From: a virus
Taxonomy: Duplodnaviria > Caudoviricetes
Length of the DNA stretch: 60,730 nucleotides
Virus record (IMG/VR): IMGVR_UViG_3300028844_003505
Coordinates: 1 to 60,730 of that record
Reading direction: 5' to 3' (one strand)
Shown: positions 40,674-48,246 of the stretch, one piece after another
Position numbering within the stretch: the first letter of the stretch is position 1
How the letters are laid out: each line of letters starts with the position of its first letter
Program-made: the position numbers and the translations under genes
The notes under the pieces: model-generated
The model's input: the letters and a program-made list of their open reading frames with translations, nothing else
Databases searched by the model: none
Told to the model about the DNA's origin: nothing

Positions 40674-42836
40674 ATGAAATTTAAAGATTATTTAAAAGAA
40701 ATTAAAATAAAAGATATAGCTACTAAAGAAAAAGAACTTTTTGGTGGAAATGAAATAGTTAAAGCCGCAAGAAAAATTAAAAAAGAAATAAAAAAAGATA
40801 AATCCGATGATCTAGTTGTTTTTGGAATTACAACAAAGGGTGGGTTGCGAGTAGCACGAATAAAAAAAGACGATAAAATAGAACCGGGATTTCAAATTGT
40901 AGAATCTTCTTTAATTGAAGAATTTATAAACGAAGCATTTAAACCTAATCCACTTACTAAAATGAACACCGTAAATACATTTTATGCTCAATCATTTACG
41001 AATGGTGATATGATATTTGCTTTTACTTGGGCAACAAATAAAAATGGTGGATTTCTAGCAGTAACATACGAAACTGATAGAAAAGTTGCTAAGACTGCTA
41101 ATATTGCTCCTGCATTTTTTGATTTATGGAGTCCTATTAAACCATCCGAAATTAAGAAATTAGACAATAAAGCATTATCTAAAATGGAAAAGGTAATTGA
41201 AAAATTACAAAAAAAAGATCAATCTCCGGTTTCTGGATTTGATTTTGCTCCGGGGATACTTAGTGATTCTGTCATAAACGAAGACCTAAAGCTTAGTAAA
41301 AAGGATAACGCTGTTATTGATGCGTTCATTGATGGCAAATCTGCTACATCTAAAAAATTAGATACAGACGGAAAAACTCTTGACGGTCTTTGGATGGGTG
41401 GTTCTGGAATTGCTGGTAAAGATTCTTCTGGAAAAATTGTCATGGGTCCAATAGGTGGTCGGTCTGGACAAACCGTACAGAAAAAATTACGGAAGCTTGC
41501 TCCAAAGAATGATATCAAGGAGTCGGCAAATTCATTTAAAGATTTTGTTACAGAGGGAAAAGAAACTAGAGTTTTAAAAATTGCATTGCTTGATAATAAT
41601 CAAATTACTTTAGATTTTTTTGAGCCACCAAATTTCAAATTTCCTGATAAATCTGCTGATAAAATGATAAAATGGAAAGATGTTCCAGATATAGTAAAAA
41701 AACAAGCTATCGGAAAGATAACTACTAGTAATAAATTTGCAAAAAATAATTCAATGAAGGTTAAAGATTTTACATCTAGTTTTAAATCTAGAAATATAAA
41801 AGAGATGCCTAAACAAATAAAAAGAATATCTTTTATAGATGATAGTTTTAAAAAAACTGTACATTTATATTTTTTTGAAGTTGATTTTTCTATTACTGAA
41901 GGAAAGGGATCGAAAAAATACATCAAGGAAGTAGCAGAACCCAAAGGTATTAAAGACATGTTATTAATGTTTAAAAATCCTGAAGCATTATATGTATTTA
42001 ATGTTGGTGGTAAAACATTATCGATATCTACCGTTAAGGGAAGAATTAAAGATGTAAGTGATAATCAAAACAATCTCCGTATGATTGGAAATTCAAATCC
42101 TATAACATGGCGGGATGTTCCAGATTTTGTTGCAAAGGAAGTAGTAAAATATATAAAAAATGGATTAACCGAAGATGCTCCTACAAACAGTGCATCGTCT
42201 GGAAATATAGATTTTACTCCGACTAAAAAGAAAAAACGAGACAAGTTTGCAGAGCATACCATATTCGAAGTTGATTGTGAAACATTCTCTAAAGTAAAAC
42301 GAGAAAAAATAACTTTCGAGCGTATGGCAAAACACTTCAACATTCAAGATGGTGTTGGAGCAGAGATACATAAATTTAACAGAACACATCCATACGAGGG
42401 TATTGTACTCCAAGACGAACAATCAAAAGCCATGATGTTCTTCAAACGAAAAAGAAATAAGCCAGTAAAAGAAAGTATTAACGAAGCGAAATTGAATAGT
42501 TCTGATTTCTTATCTAAAGGAATTTATAATATGCAGGGTAGAAAAGTACAAGGAACTAGATCAGCGAATTTATCTTTAAATGCATTGATGAAAGATGGAG
42601 AAACATTACAGCCGTTGACATGGAAAGAATATAAAAGTTTAAATGTTCCTGAATCAGCATCTGAATTTAGTAAAGAACAGTTTGTAAATTCTCTATTTTC
42701 TAAAGAAAAGAATTTTGGAAAGAAAGTAGACTTCAATGCATTGAATCGTAGAAATGCTTCTTTTGAAGAAAAAATAGATTGGATATTGAAAAACACAAGT
42801 ATAAAATTAACTAAAAAGGGAATCCCTAGTATTTAA
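40674..42836 (+). CDS. Large capsid-targeted multidomain protein (possible polyprotein)
   Basis: MKFKDYLKE start and several internal I/L/V-x-E motifs bounding distinct segments. Confidence 0.6.
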   Translation: MKFKDYLKEIKIKDIATKEKELFGGNEIVKAARKIKKEIKKDKSDDLVVFGITTKGGLRVARIKKDDKIEPGFQIVESSLIEEFINEAFKPNPLTKMNTVNTFYAQSFTNGDMIFAFTWATNKNGGFLAVTYETDRKVAKTANIAPAFFDLWSPIKPSEIKKLDNKALSKMEKVIEKLQKKDQSPVSGFDFAPGILSDSVINEDLKLSKKDNAVIDAFIDGKSATSKKLDTDGKTLDGLWMGGSGIAGKDSSGKIVMGPIGGRSGQTVQKKLRKLAPKNDIKESANSFKDFVTEGKETRVLKIALLDNNQITLDFFEPPNFKFPDKSADKMIKWKDVPDIVKKQAIGKITTSNKFAKNNSMKVKDFTSSFKSRNIKEMPKQIKRISFIDDSFKKTVHLYFFEVDFSITEGKGSKKYIKEVAEPKGIKDMLLMFKNPEALYVFNVGGKTLSISTVKGRIKDVSDNQNNLRMIGNSNPITWRDVPDFVAKEVVKYIKNGLTEDAPTNSASSGNIDFTPTKKKKRDKFAEHTIFEVDCETFSKVKREKITFERMAKHFNIQDGVGAEIHKFNRTHPYEGIVLQDEQSKAMMFFKRKRNKPVKESINEAKLNSSDFLSKGIYNMQGRKVQGTRSANLSLNALMKDGETLQPLTWKEYKSLNVPESASEFSKEQFVNSLFSKEKNFGKKVDFNALNRRNASFEEKIDWILKNTSIKLTKKGIPSI

Positions 42837-42856
42837 TCGGGGAGAAATTAAATATT

Positions 42857-43342
42857 ATGCCACCATTTCTTGCTGGTCTAGCTGGTAAACTAATAATCGG
42901 AGCCGTTGTTGTATCTTCGTTGTTTGGATATTGGATGCATCTAAAATCTGAAATATCTACTCTCGAAAAAAACAATATGACTCTGAAAATAAATACTGGT
43001 AAGTTAGATGATGCTATTGCAGTACAAAAATCTACCATTGAAAAAATGAAGAAAGATTTTGTCAACATTGAGAAATCAAAAAACAAAATAGAAGCGGAAA
43101 AAAAGAAATCAGAAAAAAAAGTTGTTGCTTTGAAGAAAAAATTTAACAAAATTACCAAATCTGGTAAGAAACGTGACCTAAATAATATTGCACAACGAAA
43201 ACCTAAGATGTTTGAAAAAATCATAAACAGAGCCTCTATATTTAGAAATAGATGTCTAGAAATAGCTACTGGTTCTCTAGTAACTGAATCAGATTCTAAA
43301 AATACAGTATGTCCAGAGTTGGTGAAGCCCAATGTGGAATAA
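42857..43342 (+). CDS. Inner-membrane spanin (Rz/PseT.3-like)
   Basis: N-terminal TM, coiled coil, C-terminal Cys; overlaps a lipoprotein gene. Confidence 0.75.
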   Translation: MPPFLAGLAGKLIIGAVVVSSLFGYWMHLKSEISTLEKNNMTLKINTGKLDDAIAVQKSTIEKMKKDFVNIEKSKNKIEAEKKKSEKKVVALKKKFNKITKSGKKRDLNNIAQRKPKMFEKIINRASIFRNRCLEIATGSLVTESDSKNTVCPELVKPNVE

Positions 43343-43670
43343 ATTAATTATGATTCTTGTAACACTGTTTATTTTAGTTGGGTGTGCAACATCATTAGAA
43401 AAAAAAGTAAAGATTATTAATCACGAAGTAAAAAAGACACCATTGAATATTCCAAGTCTTTCTCCTTTACATATAGAAAATGTAAAATGGTATGTGGTGG
43501 AATATGATGGAAAATGGTATATTGCCTATGTTGTTGAAGATTATGAAACCATTTCAAGTAATATGGAAAAACTCCAGAATTATATATTGGAGCAAAATCT
43601 AATTATCAATCAATATAAACAATATTACGAAACAGAAAGTAATGAACCAAAACTTAAACATGGAAACTAG
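43332..43670 (+). CDS. Outer-membrane spanin lipoprotein (Rz1/PseT.2-like)
   Basis: Lipobox LVGC, Pro-containing segment, C-terminal YYE. Confidence 0.75.
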   Translation: MWNKLIMILVTLFILVGCATSLEKKVKIINHEVKKTPLNIPSLSPLHIENVKWYVVEYDGKWYIAYVVEDYETISSNMEKLQNYILEQNLIINQYKQYYETESNEPKLKHGN

Positions 43671-44148
43671 AGTTGCTTTATTAGAAAAAGATATGGGACA
43701 AGTATCGAATCTATTGGATAAATTGGATAGTACCATAGAATCTATAGAAAGACTGACTCATAGCTTATCTAGTGGTATAAGTCTCCATGAATTAAAATTA
43801 GGAGATTCAGAACGTACTAATAAAGATATAGTTAATCTGGTGGAAACTCGTAGAGTCGAAGCCGTGAATAATAATAATATGGTTCATGATAGATTAAATA
43901 CATATATCAAGGAAAATGCAGAGCGACATGAAAAATTTGAAAAAGATTTGAACAATTCAATAAACAGTATGCGTACATGCATGAGCGAATCTAATAATAA
44001 ATTTAGAACTGAATTGCGGGACGAACTAAAAGAGTTAAGTAAGTCGAGAAATATTATTTTGGGAATAGGACTGGCGATTATAACCATCCTGAATTTACTT
44101 CCCACAATTTATAATTGGCTTTCAACTACAGGGGTTCCTGTACCATAA
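43642..44148 (+). CDS. Coiled-coil protein with C-terminal TM (holin/XhlA-like candidate)
   Basis: RVALLEKD..LDSTIE coiled coil, TM IILGIGLAIITILNLL; follows the spanins. Confidence 0.5.
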   Translation: MNQNLNMETRVALLEKDMGQVSNLLDKLDSTIESIERLTHSLSSGISLHELKLGDSERTNKDIVNLVETRRVEAVNNNNMVHDRLNTYIKENAERHEKFEKDLNNSINSMRTCMSESNNKFRTELRDELKELSKSRNIILGIGLAIITILNLLPTIYNWLSTTGVPVP

Positions 44149-44174
44149 CATAATAGACCAAAACGACTTATTTT

Positions 44175-44209
44175 AAACCCCTAGATCGTTTTGGTCTAGG
44201 GGTTTTTTT
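44175..44209 (+). terminator. Intrinsic terminator ending late/lysis transcript
   Basis: AAACCCCTAGA-loop-TCTAGGGGTTT plus T run. Confidence 0.85.
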
Positions 44210-44212
44210 ATG

Positions 44213-44241
44213 TTGACAAATGACTACATGTTTGCTATCAT
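44213..44241 (+). promoter_or_regulatory. Sigma70-type promoter opening the RNA island
   Basis: TTGACA-17-TATCAT with TG extension. Confidence 0.75.
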
Positions 44242-44251
44242 GTGTACATAA

Positions 44252-44320
44252 GTCTTGGAGATGTTGGTTCGATTCCATCCCTGACGAAGAGTAGCATAAT
44301 ATGGCCTAATGCGCCAAGAC
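44252..44320 (+). ncRNA. Circularly permuted tRNA-like RNA 1
   Basis: GTCTTGG / T arm GTTGG-TTCGATT-CCATC / short hairpin / TA-GCAT-AATATGGCCTA-ATGC D arm / CCAAGAC. Confidence 0.7.
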
Positions 44321-44352
44321 GATTTTTGAAGATTTTATCTGGAGAGTGTATT

Positions 44353-44556
44353 ATGGAAATGGAAAAAGATTATAGTACGATGGATGTTGATGAATTGAAA
44401 GCGGTAAAAGCCGAATTGGAAAAAAGTATCGAAGATGGAAATAACTTCCTAAATACCTGTGGAGCAACCAATCTTTGGAGAAAGAATGTAGAATTTGTAA
44501 TGGATGAAGAAAAAATTGAACTCCAACACGTCAATAATTTACTTAATTATTTATAA
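44353..44556 (+). CDS. Hypothetical protein
   Basis: GGAG RBS at 44341; the ORF-track upstream extension overlaps the ncRNA. Confidence 0.6.
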   Translation: MEMEKDYSTMDVDELKAVKAELEKSIEDGNNFLNTCGATNLWRKNVEFVMDEEKIELQHVNNLLNYL

Positions 44557-44967
44557 AATAATATCTTGACATTCTCCCAATAATTTGTTAGAATGGTATT
44601 TCAAGATTAGCAATTTGTTGGGAGTCTTTATGGGAAGAACCAGAATATATAAAGAAGTTGATTCTAAGGAATTTGTTAAACAATTAAAAGCAAATAATAA
44701 AAAGATAGATTTGAGTCGAGTATCGTGGAAAATAATATACGATACAAAACTCAGCAGTAAAGTCGAAATTCCAAGGATAGTTGAAACTATGAAAGTACGA
44801 CATGGAGTTTACGACTTGAGTAGAGTGTAATTACTAACCCTAAAATTTGAATAATCAGATTGGAGGTAGCCGATGAATTTCATGGCTTGCACTATACGAA
44901 GTTTAATTTAAATTTTTACAACTAACTTATAAATTAAACTAAACTAGAGACTAGGGGTACAATTTTC

Positions 44968-45101
44968 GGATTTAATATTCATAACTAGTACTGATAAATA
45001 CGCTATCCATTAGAGGATAGAAAAGGAGGTTAGATTCCTTCACAATCGTAGAGAGATTGTTAGTATAATGCAGGGAAACTTATAGTTTATCATAAAAATC
45101 C
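44968..45101 (+). ncRNA. Circularly permuted tRNA-like RNA 2
   Basis: TGATAAA/TTTATCA closing stem, CTATCC/GGATAG hairpin, T arm GGAGG-TTAGATT-CCTTC, closed acceptor ACAATC/GATTGT, D-like arm. Confidence 0.6.
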
Positions 45102-45402
45102 AATCAAGATAGAATTTTCTTTTGGTTGAAGTCCACAAAAAATCGGGGTTTGTATAATGATCCTAAAATCCCAAATCAATATGCATATAATGAGATGATA
45201 TAGAAGTAATAATAGAAGGTATACAGGCTATGGGGCTAATAACCTGAAAGAATGGTGATGACCTTTCTTTAAAGCCCCAAAAATTCGGTATAAATTTTAC
45301 AGGCCGGGGAGTCAGTATCGCCGGGTGGGTCGGGTAGCTTGGGGGCTACCAAAGGTTTTCTGGTTTATCCTTGGGCAAGAAAAACCAGACAAAAATTTTT
45401 AT

Positions 45403-45471
45403 CTTCCCTTGCAAACGGAAGTGGTTCAGGTGTATGAGTTAAGTGGTTCTCATATAAATAAAAAACCACCA
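45403..45471 (+). ncRNA. Hairpin + pseudoknot RNA ending ACCA, copy 1
   Basis: CTTCC-CTTGCAAAC-GGAAG; TATGAG/CTCATA stem; loop GTGGTT pairs tail AACCAC. Confidence 0.55.
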
Positions 45472-45480
45472 GAAAATTAT

Positions 45481-45553
45481 GTCTTCGTGCAAAAGAAGGG
45501 CCTACGCAGATATGAGTTTGGAAGTTCTCATATAAAACAAAAACTATCCACCA
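45481..45553 (+). ncRNA. Hairpin + pseudoknot RNA ending ACCA, copy 2
   Basis: CTTC-GTGCAAAA-GAAG; TATGAG/CTCATA stem; loop TGGAAGTT pairs tail AACTATCCA. Confidence 0.55.
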
Positions 45554-45559
45554 AATTTT

Positions 45560-45635
45560 TGTAGTGTAGTATAATCGGTATTGCGCCTGTCTGTTAAACA
45601 GTAAGATGTAGGTTCGAGTCCTACCACTACAGCCA
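45560..45635 (+). tRNA. tRNA-Asn(GTT)
   Basis: Cloverleaf, U1-A72, G73, encoded CCA. Confidence 0.93.
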
Positions 45636-45639
45636 ATAT

Positions 45640-45715
45640 GTACCTGTAGCTCAGTTGGTAGAGCGTTTGTCTGTTAAACAAATGGTCGTAGGTTCAAGTC
45701 CTACCGGGTACTCCA
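45640..45715 (+). tRNA. tRNA with GTT anticodon (Asn) and atypical acceptor
   Basis: Cloverleaf; G1-C72, U73, CCA. Confidence 0.88.
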
Positions 45716-45846
45716 AAAGAGAAATAATATGGAACAAGAAATAAAAAAATTCTTCGACAAAACATTGGTTCCAGCTTTAGAAAATATGACCAAAGAAGAA
45801 TTGTTAAAATTGGATTGGTTTACAATAGAGGTTCCAGATAATAATG

Positions 45847-45930
45847 TCCGAAGTGGGATGAGAGATGATAACACCGTCCGTTAGGTAGCACCTACACACG
45901 CTAGGGGTAGTGTCCTAGCCTTCGGAATCA
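45847..45930 (+). ncRNA. Degenerate cloverleaf tRNA mimic
   Basis: TCCGAAG/CTTCGGA closing stem + ATCA end; three inner hairpins, the middle one with a 3-nt loop. Confidence 0.5.
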
Positions 45931-46028
45931 TTTTTTTATAAGAGTATATTACGAACAATTGGAAAGATGAATGGGTTGGTATTGAAAAAACACTTGACAA
46001 ATAATTTATATATGATAGGATATAAATC

Positions 46029-46514
46029 ATGAAAACTATAAACGAAACATTGGAATTTATCAAAGAAGCCCACAAAGGTCAAATTGACAAATCGGGTATT
46101 GAATACTGGAAACATCCACTACAAGTTATGTTGTTACTTCCTCCGAATGCTACTATTACCGAACAATATGTAGCATTACTTCATGATGTTTTAGAAGATA
46201 CGGAGTATACAGAAAAAGATTTGCTTAATCTTGGATACACACAACAAATTGTCGATGCAGTAAAATTAGTTTCGAGAGATAAAAATCAAACTTATAATGA
46301 ATTTATCAATAGTATTATTGATAGTAATAACATAACCGCAATAGTAGTTAAAATTACTGATATGGTTCATAATATGTCAGAAGAAAGATTTGAAAAGTTA
46401 TCTGAAGAAAATAAGATAAAACAAAATGAAATCAATGAAAAAAGATATAAACCAAATATGAAAAAATTAGCTAATAAATTAGTAGAACTTGTCAAGTTAG
46501 GAATAAAATTATAA
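46029..46514 (+). CDS. HD-domain (p)ppGpp-hydrolase-like protein (small alarmone hydrolase/Mesh1-like)
   Basis: AHKGQ.DKSG..Y..HP, ALLHDVLEDT, VKITDMVHN motifs. Confidence 0.85.
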   Translation: MKTINETLEFIKEAHKGQIDKSGIEYWKHPLQVMLLLPPNATITEQYVALLHDVLEDTEYTEKDLLNLGYTQQIVDAVKLVSRDKNQTYNEFINSIIDSNNITAIVVKITDMVHNMSEERFEKLSEENKIKQNEINEKRYKPNMKKLANKLVELVKLGIKL

Positions 46515-46518
46515 TTTT

Positions 46519-46593
46519 CCCTCTATAGTGTAATGGACAACACAGGAGTTTTCTACACTTTTAATTCGGGTTCGAATCCTGATAGGGGGTCCA
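46519..46593 (+). tRNA. tRNA-Arg(TCT)
   Basis: Cloverleaf with CCA. Confidence 0.9.
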
Positions 46594-46603
46594 AAAATAA
46601 AAT

Positions 46604-46668
46604 GGTAGAGTTCCCCGGAGGGGGGGATATAGTACTGTAGGTGGTTCGATCCCATCACTCTATCGCCA
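46604..46668 (+). ncRNA. 65-nt tRNA mimic without a normal anticodon arm
   Basis: 8-bp acceptor GGTAGAGT/ACTCTATC + GCCA; T arm GGTGG-TTCGATC-CCATC. Confidence 0.65.
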
Positions 46669-46676
46669 AATATCAT

Positions 46677-46891
46677 GCGAGATTAGTAGGAGTGACCATA
46701 CTAGTTAAACGGATACTTCTACTGTCACGCACCACATATCATGTGCCAAGGTTTTTTGTAATCATTTTATACTAGTTACGGATGTTGAGAAATACTTGGC
46801 ACACCAAATATCATGAGGGGTTCTTGTCTAACTCATACTAGTTAAACGGATGAAGACGGATTAAGATGGTTAATAGCCAGAACCCTCACCA
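46677..46891 (+). ncRNA. Array of three CCA-tailed hairpin RNAs (46677-46734, 46743-46806, 46815-46891)
   Basis: Each preceded by ATATCAT, closed by a terminal stem, ends ACCA and carries ATACTAGTTA(AA)CGGAT. Confidence 0.7.
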
Positions 46892-46893
46892 AA

Positions 46894-46992
46894 TTTTGAG
46901 TTATATCTAAAACAGGATTGCATGGGTGGCATCTGTGTAAGCGGGTTGACGTTGGGCCTAAGCCAAGGCGAGCAACTATTTATAACTCAAAA
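46894..46992 (+). ncRNA. Structured three-way-junction RNA candidate
   Basis: TTTTGAGTTATA/TATAACTCAAAA closing stem enclosing two GC-richer hairpins. Confidence 0.5.
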
Positions 46993-47006
46993 ACAATTTT
47001 TTACAT

Positions 47007-47081
47007 GGTCCTATCGTTTAGTGGTTAGGACTCTTGATTGTCGATCAAGTAGCCGGAGTTCGATTCTCCGTAGGACCGCCA
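47007..47081 (+). tRNA. tRNA-Asp(GTC)
   Basis: Cloverleaf, G73, CCA. Confidence 0.93.
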
Positions 47082-47102
47082 TTTATTATATAAAGGAATT
47101 AT

Positions 47103-47345
47103 ATGTTTTATCCAATTAAGGTTTATTCAGGGAAAGAATTAGAAGATTATACAAAAGAATCTGGTGATATTATGTCTTCTAAAGTTAGGAAAAATAAAAA
47201 AGGTAAAATAATTTCTCCTAAGCAACTGGATAAAGAATATTGGAACGAATTTGAAAAACAAGAAAAAATATTAAAGGATTTGTCAGTTGGTGTTGTTGAT
47301 GTAAAACAACCAGCCGTTCCTTATAATGATGTGTATTACGAATAA
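47103..47345 (+). CDS. Hypothetical protein
   Basis: ORF with AAGGA RBS between tRNAs. Confidence 0.55.
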   Translation: MFYPIKVYSGKELEDYTKESGDIMSSKVRKNKKGKIISPKQLDKEYWNEFEKQEKILKDLSVGVVDVKQPAVPYNDVYYE

Positions 47346-47354
47346 AATTATTAA

Positions 47355-47430
47355 GCCTTCATAGCTCCAATGGTAGAGCAGGAACTTTGTAAGTTCATGG
47401 TTGGGAGTTCGAATCTCTCTGAAGGCTCCA
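47355..47430 (+). tRNA. tRNA-Thr(TGT)
   Basis: Cloverleaf, CCA. Confidence 0.92.
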
Positions 47431-47678
47431 TTTTTTATCAAAAAGGAATATATATGCAAAATTATAATATAGCTACAACAACCAAAATGTGTACGATGAT
47501 TATTGCAGATTATAATGAACATATGAAACGAAGTATTCCAGAAGTACAAGAACAGTTTCCAGAAATGGATGACAAAGAAATTTTATATTTACTATTACAA
47601 AAATCGATGGAAATATTTGAACAAAACGATTGTCTTTGGAATTAATAATAGAATAAACTCAATAGAGAAGGTTCGATC

Positions 47679-47714
47679 ATGACACAATTTAACACATACA
47701 AACACAAACCATAG
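47679..47714 (+). promoter_or_regulatory. Leader peptide MTQFNTYKHKP upstream of tRNA-Lys
   Basis: AGAGAAGG upstream; two AAA codons; its 3' end is complementary to the tRNA-Lys 5' end. Confidence 0.45.
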
Positions 47715-47761
47715 CCTGTACACCATGCGCCTTGCGTATACGTGTACATGCGTATTAACGT

Positions 47762-47838
47762 GGGCTGTTGGTGTCAATGGTTAGCACATCCGACTTTTAA
47801 TCGGTAAGGTGTAGGTTCGAATCCTATACGGCCTACCA
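47762..47838 (+). tRNA. tRNA-Lys(TTT)
   Basis: Cloverleaf, CCA. Confidence 0.93.
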
Positions 47839-47879
47839 ATTTTTTTGTTGACAAAGAATAAAAATGAGGTTATATTGTT

Positions 47880-48170
47880 ATGGACAAATTAAAAATAGAA
47901 TCTGATGGTGAAAAAAAAGATATTCTTCGAGGAAGATCATTTAAAACATATTGCTTCAATTGTGAATATATAATTAAAGCATCTGAATATAGGGGAAGAG
48001 TTCATTTATGTTCTATAGTAGGTCTTACTTCATATGTTGGAACATATGCAGAGATGCAACCATGTTCGGATGTTAATCTTCATGGGGATTGTGAAGAATA
48101 TAAGCAAGTAAAAATACCAGAAGCAAAACCGGGATTCATCGATACTGTTATACAATGGTTTAAAGAATGA
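47880..48170 (+). CDS. Cys-rich hypothetical protein
   Basis: CFNC..C..C..N.HGDC; own promoter at 47848. Confidence 0.6.
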   Translation: MDKLKIESDGEKKDILRGRSFKTYCFNCEYIIKASEYRGRVHLCSIVGLTSYVGTYAEMQPCSDVNLHGDCEEYKQVKIPEAKPGFIDTVIQWFKE

Positions 48171-48246
48171 GAAGATTGTGGTTAATAATAGTTATCATAA
48201 TTATCTCGATAATAATGTTACTTAAAAATTTATAGGAGAATATGAT

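Noticed and set aside
45232-45553. tmRNA (starts GGGGCT, region ends CCACCA)
   Set aside because: No T arm before the CCA, GGGGCT pairs locally with AGCCCC, and no convincing tag reading frame.
45431-45553. preQ1-I riboswitches
   Set aside because: Similar pseudoknot geometry, but the ligand-pairing C motif is absent and the downstream gene is a tRNA, not a queuosine gene.
46604-46668. tRNA-Sec
   Set aside because: No UCA anticodon arm or long variable arm.
46669-46891. CRISPR mini-array
   Set aside because: The shared motif is only ~17 nt, sits in the loop of self-complementary units ending in CCA, spacing is irregular and no cas genes are present.
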